A stretch of DNA of 63,682 nt, filler included, from Octopus bimaculoides (lineage: Eukaryota), in NCBI RefSeq assembly GCF_001194135.2. It is 5 parts of 5 records of this genome, joined end to end, with 100 filler letters (N's around TTAATTAATTAA, not from the genome) between each part and the next. Parts side by side here need not be neighbours in the genome. Positions count along the whole stretch, not along the records: positions 1 to 22,683 come from NC_068987.1; positions 22,784 to 50,818 come from NC_068981.1; 3 more parts are not named here. One strand, given 5' to 3'. The translations under genes and the position numbers were made by a program. Of this stretch, positions 13,916-27,635 are shown piece after piece; the first letter of the stretch is position 1, and every line of letters begins with the position of its first letter. Below the pieces are notes generated by a model, which saw nothing but the letters and a program-made list of their open reading frames with translations, was not told where the DNA came from and ran no database searches.

Positions 13916-15140
13916 CTATATATATACATATATATACATATATGTATAAAATTTACATACGCATACATACATATGCACGCATGTACAACAATGGGAATGT
14001 ATATGTTAGTGCGTCCGTATCAGAGATTGTACTATTTTATGTCCTGCGCACCATAATTTTGCAAAATGAAGGGTGTTATAATATGCACTGTCCCCCCAAA
14101 AAATCTGGGGCTGATACGATTCATTAAACATGTGAAGACGCAGCCACAGTTGATCCACTGCCTAATGACTGGAACCAATAAAAATATATGTGTCCATTTT
14201 GGACTCATCCTATGATAAATGTGAAATACCATACGAGACACGATAAATCATTTAATTTAAAGATGTAAGTCTCCTAGAACATATACAGTGATGATATACA
14301 GTTTCAAAATCATATAAATCAAATACAGGAATGGATTTATTTAAGCAACATGTAGAAATACATGTTACATCGTTATTCGTATGTAATTTTCACTATTCTT
14401 TTGCATAATTGGAAGGATTTTTGCAACGCTATTAACCGATCTACTCATGAGGGTTAGTATTTCAATACATTTTACTCTGTTAATTGTTGTATCCAACAAG
14501 GCACTACATACATCCTCTTGCATGTATGAGGCTATCTGTAAATCTGCATTGTATTCTCATGACCAAAAGGAATACTTCGCAACAAGAAACGTATTATATA
14601 GATCAGTTTTACTAGTCACAGGGTCTGGCGTTTTCGTCATAAAATTCAGCAACTAAATGGAATTAGTCTGAATATCCAGAACATTAATGCCAGCATTTAA
14701 AATATGCCCACCAAAATACATTGACAGGCTATATTTATCAGAAGTAGACGGTAGAATTTGACTGTTACAATTACGAAACTCATACACGATAATTACCGTA
14801 GCCATAAAAGACATGGAAGAATATTAGTAGTTGAAGTATGACAAATGCACGTTCTTCCTTTCGAAAAAAGATAGACAAATATAGGAAAATATGTTTGGTA
14901 AATTGGACCACAGATGTAAAGCTGAGAACGAATAATTAGAAGGAGAAATTAATATANNNNNNNNNNNNNNNNNNNNNNNNNNNNNNNNNNNNNNNNNNNN
15001 NNNNNNNNNNNNNNNNNNNNNNNNNNNNNNNNNNNNNNNNNNNNNNNNNNNNNNNNNNNNNNNNNNNNNNNNNNNNNNNNNNNNNNNNNNNNNNNNNNNN
15101 NNNNNNNNNNNTATACATACACACATACACACACACACTC

Positions 15141-15186
<46 letters not shown>

Positions 15187-15820
15187 ATATATGTATGTAT
15201 ATATATATATATGTATATACATATATGTATATATAAATCGGCAATATACTTTACAGTCTAAAATCAACATGTATGACAGATAGTTTTACTGTCTCCTCTG
15301 GTTAATACATAAAGTTTTGATACTGCTGTTATCCACGTCACAGAACGTGTCCAGTAACATCTTTAACTACTTGAAAGTGTATTAGGAATCATATACGATA
15401 ACTAGAGACGTTGGCTTTTCGGTAAGGGAACAATAATCATATTTTTATTGTATTAGTTTTGCAGCCCAAATCAAATCTAATACCGCACATCAATGAGTAA
15501 AGTTCTTTAAACCGTGGGAAAATTAAAAAAAAAAATATTTGTTCCTGTGTTTCCGGAAATAAACGAGGCCTCTAATTTTACGAGAATAATGTTTGACTTC
15601 AAGAATTTTCAACTGTTGTTTCTAGTAGGCTATACAAACTACAAGAGTACATTGTGATTAATACGACAAAGCACATATATACACTTACACAAATATCATG
15701 CGTGTTGATGCGCAAGTGTGCGTACGTGCGTATATGTGGGTGCGTATGTGTGCGTGTGTGTGTGTATAGCTCTCTCTATATCTCCCTCCCTCCCCCTCTC
15801 TCTGTGTCTCTCTCTGTGTG

Positions 15821-15912
<92 letters not shown>

Positions 15913-16679
15913 NNNNNNNNNNNNNNNNNNNNNNNNNNNNNNNNNNNNNNNNNNNNNNNNNNNNNNNNNNNNNNNNNNNNNNNNNNNNNNNNNNNNNNNN
16001 NNNNNNNNNNNNNNNNNNNNNNNNNNNNNNNNNNNNNNNNNNNNNNNNNNNNNNNNNNNNNNNNNNNNNNNNNNNNNNNNNNNNNNNNNNNNNNNNNNNN
16101 NNNNNNNNNNNNNNNNNNNNNNNNNNNNNNNNNNNNNNNNNNNNNNNNNNNNNNNNNNNNNNNNNNNNNNNNNNNNNNNNNNNNNNNNNNNNNNNNNNNN
16201 NNNNNNNNNNNNNNNNNNNNNNNNNNNNNNNNNNNNNNNNNNNNNNNNNNNNNNNNNNNNNNNNNNNNNNNNNNNNNNNNNNNNNNNNNNNNNNNNNNNN
16301 NNNNNNNNNNNNNNNNNNNNNNNNNNNNNNNNNNNNNNNNNNNNNNNNNNNNNNNNNNNNNNNNNNNNNNNNNNNNNNNNNNNNNNNNNNNNNNNNNNNN
16401 NNNNNNNNNNNNNNNNNNNNNNNNNNNNNNNNNNNNNNNNNNNNNNNNNNNNNNNNNNNNNNNNNNNNNNNNNNNNNNNNNNNNNNNNNNNNNNNNNNNN
16501 NNNNNNNNNNNNNNNNNNNNNNNNNNNNNNNNNNNNNNNNNNNNNNNNNNNNNNNNNNNNNNNNNNNNNNNNNNNNNNNNNNNNNNNNNNNNNNNNNNNN
16601 NNNNNNNNNNNNNNNNNNNNNNNNNNNNTCTCTCAGTTTTCTCTCGATTTCATTCGGATTGTATAGTTTATGAAAGGGA

Positions 16680-18125
16680 AATATTATTTATATTTTCCGG
16701 CCACATGTTGCTAGGTGGTTACTCAGCGATATTTGGCGGACTTCTGGATTTTTAATTTGCTGTCGGTGCACACGTGAGCATTCTAATAGTGCATTGCCTG
16801 TCTGGCCAACATACAGTTCTTCACAATTCGAGCATTTGATGCAGTAGATTAAATTTCTGCTTTTGCAGTTCATATTTGCGTTTGTGAATATTTTCCCTGT
16901 TTTTGTGTTCATATATGGGCCGGTATGAATTAATTGACATGTACCGCATCGGCTATCATTGTATTTAAGCACAGTGAATGGTTGGTCTCTGTTGCTAAGG
17001 TCAAACCTTGCTTTTGTTAATAACTTTTTCAAGCTTTTAGGCTCTCTTTTACAGAGAGTTATAGTTTGGTCTGTAATGATATCCCTCAATTCCTTACTTT
17101 GAGCAATGATTGGTAGGTTTGCTTTAGCGATATTGAAGAAATTCTGGTGGCATGAATTGTGCGTCACTATAAATGGTATGATTTGTTCTTGTTTTTCTCT
17201 TCTTTGCATTGTCCTCAGTTGTTGTGTGGGTGTTGTCATAGCCTGCTGAATACCATTTTCAATAAGTAGTGACGGTATTTTTATTTGAGCAGAAATTCTT
17301 TCAGTTCTATCAGGCGCTAATTCCTGATCTTCAAATATTCTACAATTGTACAGATTCTTCTGGTTAAGCAGTATGGGATGTTACGTTTTGTATGCGGTGG
17401 ATGGCACAATTTAAAATTAGGTATTGATGTGTATCTATGTGTTTGTAATATATATCTGTGGTAATGGTGATGTTCTTTTTAATTACCATTATATCTAGGA
17501 ATGGTAATTTGGTACTGCTCATCTCATTTGTAAATTGGATGGATGAGTGTAGGTTGTTCAGGAGGATATTGAATTCTTCCACAGTGTTTTGATATTTTGT
17601 CCAGATTATGAAGCAATCGTCGAAGTATCTCCTGCATGCCTTTTCAATATACTTCCTAAATTCAGTGCTGTATATCTCCTCTATTTCCTGGTAGAGTTTT
17701 TGCTCTAAATATGCCATCACCGAGTTCGCGTAAAAGGGAGTAAATCTCGTTCCCGTAGCCGTGCCTTTAATTTGGATGTAGTCCTTTCCATTAAAGAAGA
17801 AAGTGTTGTTTTCCGGAATAAGTCTCACTGAGTCTAATACAAATGTCACTGTGAATCTGTTGGGAATTGCTTCTCTATGTTTATCTACCTAGTATTTAAT
17901 CGACTTTATTCCTAAATCATCTGGAATATTGGTGTAAAGGCTTACTGCATCAAAGTTTAGTAGGATTGCGTTTGTTTCAGTTGTTTTGGGAAGATGGGAC
18001 AGTGAATCGATGTCATCCCGAATGAAACTAGGCATGTAGGTACAAAGTGGTTTCAAAATAATGTCGATGAAATTGCTTAGACGATGGGCAGGGCATACTG
18101 TACCAGCTATAATTGGTCTGACGCT
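16680..18125 (-). mobile_element. Penelope-like element (RT + GIY-YIG), degraded, probably Neptune-type
   Basis: RT: KGTATGTRFTPFYAN..RRYFDDCFIIW, KLPFLDI. Zn-finger linker SRCGTCQLI. GIY-YIG: NLIYCIKCSNCEELYVGQTG. Stops and frameshifts between segments. Confidence 0.92.
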
Positions 18126-18885
18126 GTCTGGAAAGATGAATGGAGGCAGAACATTACCATCACTAGTGATCACTCCAAACACAATGATGCTGAAGGGATG
18201 TTTGGTTTTTATCACTTTCCGTACATGTTTTGGGGACAGGGCAATTCAACGGTTGTTCTGTGTGTCCACCATCTGATCCTCGCAAAAATGTTTCTCGTCT
18301 GAGAAGAACCAAAGCATTTTATGTTGGAGGAGATGCTTGAGCTTGTTCAAAAGCTTCATAGCGCGTTCTTTCCTCTTGTGCTTAATGACTTGGGGATAAA
18401 AATTGGCCCTTTCTCATCTTGTATGAGGAATACCAAATGTCTTCATGCACTACCTACCTGGTGTGAAATTCAGGCACTCCCATATTCCTGGCGATGGACT
18501 TAATTGATTTGGAAGGATCGTTGTCAACCATGGTCTTGATGTTACCAACAAATGCAGGAGTTCTTTTCTTATCAGACTAAGTTTTCCGAACTGCCGTACC
18601 TTCATAATCACCACTAGACTCATCCAACTCTTTCCGAATCCCTTGAACTGTCCTCAGATTGACACCGAAACACTATGACATATTCATATTGGAGCTTCCA
18701 GCACGAATGCCAAGCAGTACAGCATATCGTCTTCAAATTTCTGGCAGAGTGAATTGCGTCATGGTGCTGTTTTTCTCACTGAGGGTGCCCAACTGACTCT
18801 ACTATACTGTATGTAGTAGATAAAATCCAAAATAATGCGCAAAATTTAAAATTTAAAATGGCACCAATTTACTTATTGCACCAAA
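18126..18885 (-). mobile_element. 5' part of a maT/DD37D-like Tc1-mariner transposon
   Basis: MTQFTLPEI*RRYAVLLGIRAGSS..VNLRTVQGIRKELDES.. and KTKHPFSIIVFGVITSDGNVLPPFIFP; truncated against the PLE. Confidence 0.8.
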
Positions 18886-18963
18886 TATATATATATATAC
18901 ACACACACATACATAGGTGTATATGTGTGTATACATAAGTATGTATATATTTGCATACATATA

Positions 18964-19020
<57 letters not shown>

Positions 19021-20140
19021 CATACACATATACCTATCTATTTATGCATATGTACGTACATATGTACGAATATACGTATATATGTACATATGTGTACATA
19101 TAAGCGTACATACTCATATCTATATGTGTGTATATATATTTTATATGCGTGCGTGTGTGTGTGCATATATTTATATATGTATATGAGTTCGTATGTACGT
19201 CTGTGTGTACGTGTTGGGGATGGGGTGCATATGTGTGCATGATGCAGTGCTATAAACGGAAATACTGGAGAAGAATCGAAAGATATAGAAACGTGAGATC
19301 TGATTAATACAATTACATTTTAATGTGGTCTATTGGGTAAGAAGTTTCGTACTCTAATGTTTTAGTATACGCCTGCTTTCCAACTATTATTGTTCAGAAA
19401 TCACTAAAATTGTACAAAAATATAATGCAAAGAATTAGAAAACGTAAGAAAGAAAATAAAGTTTGAAAAAAGCTGCAATAAATTTGAATCAAAAACAAAA
19501 ATATAATAAATATAATCAAAGATTTTGACGAAAAGTCGAAAAAAAATCTAAATTAGTCATTAAGTTGCTAATTACATTATAAATTTCATTTTTCTTTCGC
19601 GAAATAAAATAAAATCGATTTGCCGAACGTCAATAGAAAAAGAGGAGAGTCCAGGAAAATTAGTGAATACATTAGTGCTTTTAAGATAAAATGGCATTCA
19701 TAGAGGCTATGTTTGACTTTGACCTTCGTAATACAATCAGCAACATTTATAAAGTGTTTTATCGTGTTTATTAACTATTGAAGTTCCCATGGTTGAAACC
19801 AACTGGCTGCACCCAGTATTTAACGGTGTTAAAGGTCACGAAATAAAATTAAAAGAAAAAGAAAAAGAAAATAAAGAATACAATATAAATGACACAGCCA
19901 AAGTCTGCCAAGTGTGAGAAGATGCAACATTACAGACGAGGAGAAGTACTTGGTAGATTGCATTTAATTCGACACGCCATCACCAGTCTCTCTCGCCTTA
20001 CCTCCCTCACTCATACGCTTTCTGTCTTTCTTTCTGTCTTTATCGCTATCTCGCTTTCTGTCTTTTTCTCACTCACTTATACACACACATACGCTTTCTT
20101 TCTCTGTCTCTCTCGCTTTCTCTGTTTTCTCTCTCTCTCT

Positions 20141-20182
<42 letters not shown>

Positions 20183-20385
20183 GCTTTCTGTTTTCCTCCC
20201 TGTCACACTTTCTGGCTTTCTGTCTGTCTCGCCTTATGTTTTACTCTCTCTGTGACTTTCTGGTCGCTTTTGTTCTTTCCATCTCTCTCACTCATACTCT
20301 CTCTCTTGCTTTCTGCCTTCTTCTCGCTCTCTCATTCTCGCATTCTGTTTCTCTCTCTTTCTAGCTCTGTCTGTCTGACTGTCTG

Positions 20386-20422
<37 letters not shown>

Positions 20423-20821
20423 CTTCTTTCTTTCTAATGTTATTTCTGATGTTTCTCTCAGGAAATATTAGATATATATATATTTCCCTTGTTATTTACT
20501 AAATATAGTAAAAACGCATTTTTTACAGTTTATTTTCTACTTAACTTTTCATCATCAACGATTTCTATTTGTGTCTGATTACTGCTAATGACACATCAAT
20601 CCACGATGAAGTACAAAGAGAAGTAATGCTTCCCGTGCACTGTAACTATGTAACTATGGAAGTGGATTCAATTAGCTGACACCGGGAAACGAAACCATGT
20701 AACAAACCAAGCAAGTGAGCACCTATTTGACCTCTCTATTTGCTAGAAATAGCAACTGAATCTCCTTTACGCCTGCGCATCTCATCTTACCGTCTTAAAT
20801 CAAGGGATAATAATTACATTA

Positions 20822-20960
20822 GGTTGGCCACGCGCAGCCTGGTGGTTAAGCTGTTACGATCAAGATGGGGTGGTGTGGTCGCTTCTTGAACTGGGCTGTG
20901 TATTGTGTCCTTGAGCAAGATATTTCATTTTACGTTACTCTTGTATATTCAACTCTTGGC
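20822..20960 (+). mobile_element. Degenerate tRNA-derived SINE head
   Basis: A-box-like gcctggtggttaag followed by tgtgtccttgagcaagata.tt. Confidence 0.5.
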
Positions 20961-22016
20961 TATTATCGCTGGTCAGAGTTAGCAAGGCTAACAGGGTGCC
21001 TACTCTTGATTATATAGGTACCTAATGCAATTAGTGAAAGCTGGGTACGTAGAAAAAACCACATTCGCTTCCGTGTGACGACTATGCCAAATGCATACGT
21101 CCGCATAAAAAAGGAGCTCGTCTGATTAGAAAGATATCGATAATAGGTGTGACTGATCAAAGACAACAAAGATGTTACATATGGCAATCATTTAACAGAA
21201 TTGTCTACGGTGTTTTATAAACACTCGTCATTCTTGATATGTTCGAATATTATGTCTTTATTTCTATCACTGAGATCAACAGTTAGCCATCACTATTGAG
21301 TATCACTCGCACAGCTAGCCATCACTATTGAGTATCACTTAGTAGCATGTACCATGGTTTCTCTTATTCTTTGACGACAACAACAGCATCTTGAGCAAAC
21401 TCAAATGCCACCACCACCAATACCGCCACTTTGCCTTCGACCCAGTGGAGTATCTAGGTTGTGACAACTCGAGTGAAAGACGGCTTCAACAGAACCCGAC
21501 TGAGACTTGATATACCTGATTAGAGTGAAGCTGCAGGAAAGAAGGTACCTTAAGGAAACACTGCGAGGCTTGATCAACGAAATAAGTCCACGACCTTATG
21601 ATTATAGAAGAGAAACGAGATATTGTCAAAGATTATAGCATTTAAAGAATTTTTGTTAGAATTTTCATGACGAAAATGACGAGAAGCTGATATAAAATAT
21701 TTATTGTTTAGACAAGCTGATTTTGATCACCTAGGTCAATGATCACAAGCTTTCCAGGCGTGACCACGCCATCATTGGTCCCTGTTTATGGTCATAGATT
21801 TTAGCTTGGATTATATTTTCTCATGTTATGCTTTATGAGATCCATGAGTAATTGCAGGGAGATAAATCGGCTCTTTGCAACGAATCGAGCAAAGGTATAG
21901 AAGGCCACAAGTTCCAGTGTTCAAGTATGGTTATAACATTTTTATCTGACTTCTATTCAAATACATTTTTGAAAGAGTTCCTCTGCTTTTACAAGCTTTT
22001 TAAAAATCAAAAATGG

Positions 22017-22019
<3 letters not shown>

Positions 22020-22100
<81 letters not shown>
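22020..22100. repeat. (CA)n microsatellite
   Basis: Visible array. Confidence 0.95.
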
Positions 22101-22102
<2 letters not shown>

Positions 22103-22784
22103 TTTGCCTACATAGTAATTGCGATCTTAGTAAAGCTTCTGTTACTTATATTATTATTGTCTTGAAATGATTATTAAACCTAGCTTGAAAGGTAATCTAA
22201 CTGTAACCAATCCGTCCTTTCTTCAGGATCATTCTATCCCATGATGTTATTTTCTTCTTTTGAAACTGTAAGGTCTAAGTTTGAATGGAACATTTCATTT
22301 ATTGAGTCGTGTTTTAAATGTTACTGTTTTATTTTGCTCCAAATCAACACTCATCGAGCAAACTTTGAATCGAGCTTTTCCTGTCGTGTTATTCCATTTT
22401 ATGCAGACGTGCTCTGCCATATTTTTCAATATATTCTCTTCATATACAATATATTTTTGGCGTTGATTTCAAAGGAAATTGCTACTATTTCTAGTAGGCT
22501 CCAGTCATACGCTGAAATATTTCAAGTTTCGTATCTTCGATGGTCTTCTTTCTTTCTTTCTTTCTTTCTTATCAGTCTGTCTGTCCGTCTGTCTGTCTGT
22601 CTGTCCGTCTGTCTGTCTGTCCGTCTGTCTGTCTGTCCGTCTGTCTGTCTGTCCGTCTGTCTGTCTATCCGTCTGTCTGTCTGNNNNNNNNNNNNNNNNN
22701 NNNNNNNNNNNNNNNNNNNNNNNNNNNTTAATTAATTAANNNNNNNNNNNNNNNNNNNNNNNNNNNNNNNNNNNNNNNNNNNNA

Positions 22785-22846
22785 CTAAGTAAGGCATGCG
22801 TAAAATTTGAATTAAATCGGTTGAGTAGTTCTGAAGTTTTAATGAT

Positions 22847-22888
<42 letters not shown>

Positions 22889-22920
22889 GCACATTCTCGG
22901 TTTTATATATACAGATGATG
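22785..22920 (+). mobile_element. Possible DINE/Helentron-like terminal fragment with internal (CA)n
   Basis: aaatttgaattaaatcggttgagtagttc..(CA)n..ggttttatatatacagat resembles DINE-type termini; family assignment is from recall only. Confidence 0.4.
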
Positions 22921-22929
22921 ATAACAATG

Positions 22930-23356
22930 GTTTCAAATTTTCCACAAGAGCAGCAATTTTGGAGAAAGGATTAAGTCGATTACATCGACCCCAGTGCTTA
23001 ACTGGTACTTATTTCATCGACCCCGAATGGATGAAAGGCAAAGTCGACCTCGGCGGAATTTGAACTCAGAACGTAGCGGCAGACGAAATACCGCTAAGCA
23101 TTTCACCCGGCGTGCTACCGATTCTGCCAGCTCACCGACTCAACAATAATTATTATTATTATTTAAAATATTTGCCACAAGGGCAGTATGGAGGAGGGGA
23201 TTAAGTTGATTACATCGACCCCAGTGTTTAACTGGTACTTATTTTATCGCCCGAAAGGATGAAAGGCAAAGTCGATCTCGGCAGAATTTGAACTCAGAAC
23301 GTAGTGGCAGACCAAATACCACTAAGCATTTCGCCCGGCGTTGCCAGCTCACCGCC

Positions 23357-23430
<74 letters not shown>

Positions 23431-24066
23431 TTTTATATTTAACCACCCTTGCTATAGATGAAGGGAAACAATACAAAGACAATCATGAAGTATGGGGATT
23501 TATGTAGAATGGAATAAATAGAATGTAGAATGGAATAAATAGAATGTAGAATGGAATAAATGTATACGATATCGTATACAATATCGGCTTCAGATTTTGA
23601 CACAAGGCAAGTAATTTCAGGATGAGGTTGGAGGTAAGTCGATTACATCAACCCTAGGGCTAAACAGGTATTTATTTTATCGACCTTTGCATAGTTTACA
23701 ATATTGGTTTCAAATTTTGGCACAGTGCCAGTAATTTTTGAGGGGAGAGAAAATCGATTAAATCAACCCCAAGGCTGAACTGGTACTTATTATATAGACC
23801 CCCAAAAAGATGAAAGGAAAAGTCGATCTCGGCGGAATTTGAACTCAGAATGTAAAAACGGACGAACCGCCATTATGCAAAATGCTTAGCGGCATTTCGT
23901 CCATCATTACGTTCTGAGTTCAAATTCCACCGAGGTCGACCTTGCCTTTCATCCTTTCGGGGTTGATAAAATAAGTACCAGTTAAGCACTGGGGTCGATA
24001 TAATCGACTACTCCAATCCCCGAAAAAATAATTGCAGGCCTTGTGCCAAAATCTAAAACTAATATT
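22930..24066. mobile_element. Cluster of ~5 family-B SINE copies (four on -, one on +)
   Basis: Repeated gtcgattacatcgaccccagtg..gaaaggcaaagtcgacctcggcggaatttgaactcagaa at ~22970, 23205, 23635 and 23755, and inverted at 23880-24060. Confidence 0.9.
23379..23430. repeat. (AAT)n microsatellite
   Basis: Visible array. Confidence 0.95.
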
Positions 24067-25114
24067 TGGTAAATCACAAATTAGGAAGTGGGTTAGATTT
24101 TAGGATTGTAGTTGAACCTCAGTTTTATTTTTAGTATGATTGGTGTCTGATTCAGCAATTTTGTTGGATTAAAGAGGAGTTCAGTTTCTGGACCAAGTTT
24201 TTTACTCAGCAATCATGAAGTACTGACCATCTAAATGCAACGATCGTTACTACATCTCTGTGATAGTTTCTTTACATGCGTTTCCTTGTGTAATCTTTCT
24301 CTGCTACCAGTGCTGATTAAGGTATGAGTACATTGGGTAGTTTCCGGGCTTGCCGAGGTGGGCGTACGTGACTAGAGGCTCGATGCTAATCCGTATATAT
24401 GTTGGTTGCGTATGTAGCGGTCCCACTGCATTGCTTTACCTGGAGAATGGGTCATAGAACTATTAATTCGACATTGTCTGCTACGACAAAGCAAAACTGC
24501 TCGTGCCAATGAAGGAGTCTTTACGTAATCACTCAACCTGGTAGACATAGCAGTAAAATCTCCTTTGAAATCACCCCCACCCCGTCGTCTTAAAATAGAG
24601 TGATATATTGAATATCGTAATATGAGAAAAAGACGAAAGACGTGGCTAGAACAGTTTTAATGGGTGCTCGATCAGACTGGTCTTGGTTTAAGCAGCAGAA
24701 ACAACAATAGCAACAGCAGCAGCAACAACTATAACGGCAACAGCAGCAGTAACAACAACACTAAAAAGGCCACTGGTTTCCTGTTGAGATTTGATTTCAG
24801 TTCAAAATGTTTCATTGAACATAACCTTAAACGGTGGCCTTAAATGATGAATGTCTTAAGTTGGTGAGCGGCTAAACTCTTTAGATACTAAATCGCCGAG
24901 ACCCCCGCCACTAGTTCCATGTTACAAATTCCTTGCTTTATAATGATATAAAACTTTCATTCAAAATTCCATGTTAATTTACTTTCTAAATGTCAGTTTT
25001 ATAACGACAAAGTTACTTCAATAACCGCTTCATTATTTTCAAAATTAATTGATACAAAAGCAGTGTATTGCAACAGAAATATTGCAATCAAAAGGTTAAA
25101 TGAGGAAATGTTGA

Positions 25115-25640
25115 TCATAATCCTTTCTACTAAGGCCTTTCTTAAAGCCTGAAATCACATCGATCCCCAGTATACTTGACTTGTACTTAATTTATCGACT
25201 CCGAAAGGATGTAAGACAAAGTTGACTTCGGCAGGATTTTGAACTGAGAACGGTGACATACCGCTAAGCATTTTTCTCGGCATGCTAACGATTCTGCCAG
25301 TTCGCCCCCTAAATGTTGATTAGTAAGTGACTGGATGACGTCTGATAAAATGGTGTTTAGCTAACGAGAGGAAGTGAATGACAATATCCCTAAGTCACTT
25401 TCCGTTAGACTAATTATTCCCAACCGGGATCCATAGACTCCTTAAGGATCCATATAGCCTTTGGGGTCCATATGAGATTTTGCTGTTAAAATTAGACGAG
25501 CTGACAGAATGCTTATCGACATTTTGTCCATCTTTATGTTCTGATTTCAAATTCCACCGTGGTCGACTTTGCTTTCATCCTTTCAGGTTCGATAAAATAA
25601 GTATCAGTTCAGCACTTGGGATCGATGTAGGTTTGAAATC
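25115..25640. mobile_element. Inverted pair of family-B SINEs
   Basis: Minus copy ~25115-25310; plus copy ~25490-25640. Confidence 0.85.
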
Positions 25641-25732
25641 AAAATTTATCTGCAATAAATTGGTTATACTTCAACAATATACAAAATATTTTAACAATTT
25701 TTTTAAATACAATTCCTAAGAATATTTAATCA

Positions 25733-26140
25733 TCGCTTTTATTCTTTTACTTGTTTCATTCATTTGACTGTGGCCATGCTGGAGCACCGCCTTTATTCGA
25801 GCAAATCGACCCCGAGACTTATTCTTTGTAAGCCTAGTACCTATTCTATCGGTCTCTTTTTGCCGAACCGCTAAGTGACGGGGACATAAACACACCAGCA
25901 TCGGTTGTCAAGCAATGCTAGGGGGACAAACACAGACACACAAACATACACACACACACATACATATACATATATACGACGGGCTTCTTTCAGTTTCCGT
26001 CTACCAAATCCACTCACAAGGCTTTGGTCGGCCCGAGGCTATAATAGAAGGCACTTTCCCAAGGTGCCACGCAGTGGGACTGAACCCGGAACTATGTGGT
26101 TGGTAAGCAAGCTAGTTACCACACAGCCACTCCTGCGCCT
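25733..26140 (-). mobile_element. tRNA-derived SINE (family A), near full length
   Basis: Reverse complement starts ggcgcaggagtggctgtgtggtaactagc with a ggttcagtccca B-box; closely matches 42131-42468. Confidence 0.92.
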
Positions 26141-26889
26141 ATAAAAATATAATNNNNNNNNNNNNNNNNNNNNNNNNNNNNNNNNNNNNNNNNNNNNNNN
26201 NNNNNNNNNNNNNNNNNNNNNNNNNNNNNNNNNNNNNNNNNNNNNNNNNNNNNNNNNNNNNNNNNNNNNNNNNNNNNNNNNNNNNNNNNNNNNNNNNNNN
26301 NNNNNNNNNNNNNNNNNNNNNNNNNNNNNNNNNNNNNNNNNNNNNNNNNNNNNNNNNNNNNNNNNNNNNNNNNNNNNNNNNNNNNNNNNNNNNNNNNNNN
26401 NNNNNNNNNNNNNNNNNNNNNNNNNNNNNNNNNNNNNNNNNNNNNNNNNNNNNNNNNNNNNNNNNNNNNNNNNNNNNNNNNNNNNNNNNNNNNNNNNNNN
26501 NNNNNNNNNNNNNNNNNNNNNNNNNNNNNNNNNNNNNNNNNNNNNNNNNNNNNNNNNNNNNNNNNNNNNNNNNNNNNNNNNNNNNNNNNNNNNNNNNNNN
26601 NNNNNNNNNNNNNNNNNNNNNNNNNNNNNNNNNNNNNNNNNNNNNNNNNNNNNNNNNNNNNNNNNNNNNNNNNNNNNNNNNNNNNNNNNNNNNNNNNNNN
26701 NNNNNNNNNNNNNNNNNNNNNNNNNNNNNNNNNNNNNNNNNNNNNNNNNNNNNNNNNNNNNNNNNNNNNNNNNNNNNNNNNNNNNNNNNNNNNNNNNNNN
26801 NNNNNNNNNNNNNNNNNNNNNNNNNNNNNNNNNNNNNNNNNNNNNNNNNNNNNNNNNNNNNNATATATATACAGACACATACTCTTTTA

Positions 26890-27385
26890 GGGTGAGTTCT
26901 CTCGCCTGTCTATAACTTTTAGGTGTTTTAACACCCGACGCTTTGCGAGAATCATCCCCACTGCACTAAATCGCAGCTTACCAGCGAACAAGCAATGCGT
27001 GTACATTGAGTATATGTGATCGATAATGTTTACAACACTGGCGTTGATCTTTGAATTCATTCTTACTTTTGCATCTTTGGGGCATACCAGCAAATGCTTT
27101 TTACACTATTTGTATACAGTCATGGACTGGCGATTCAATTCGCCTCTGATTTGGTTCAGTTACGTGATGTTGATAAACCACAAAAATTACAAAACATCGA
27201 TGTTATTGCTCTTGAATGAGATCTAGGGCGAGTTGCCTCACCTGTCTATGACTTTCATGTTTCAACACCCGGTACTTTGAGGAAGTCGTCCCAACCGCGC
27301 TAATTCGCAGTCTATCGGCGAACAAGCAAAGCGGGTGCATTGAGTATGTGTGACCAATTATGCTTACAATAGTGCTGCTTCTCAT
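26890..27385. repeat. Diverged tandem duplication, period ~336 bp
   Basis: cctgtctat.actt..aacaccc..gcgaacaagcaa.gcg.g..cattgagtat.tgtga at 26905 and 27241. Confidence 0.85.
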
Positions 27386-27635
27386 TAGCATCATCATTAT
27401 TTTTTTTTATTCTTTGGCATTTGTCATGGTTATCAATTCCATCGTCTTTTCTTTTGTCTACTTAATATTGTCGCTGGTGAATATTATCTAGTGGTAAACT
27501 GAAACAAATTTTCACTCGTCAAACGAAATTTGGTACCAGTGACAATGCTGTGCTGACCGAGCACTCTGACAATCTGTAGTCCAGATAAACTGATTTGCTA
27601 TATATTGCCCTTTCCTCGTTCATTAATGTCCTTAG

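Noticed and set aside
1753-16755. Long ORFs rich in YI/HT/CV/X in the ORF track
   Set aside because: They are translations of (TA)n, (CA)n and N-gaps with no coding signal.
22241-22735. 164-aa hydrophobic ORF
   Set aside because: Much of it is TCTG repeat and N; the remainder has no recognisable motif or splice support.
22728-22739. TTAATTAATTAA isolated between N-runs (also 50863-50874, 59407-59418, 61434-61445)
   Set aside because: The same 12-mer, giving stops in all six frames and flanked by ~44 Ns each time, is an assembly or masking spacer rather than biology.
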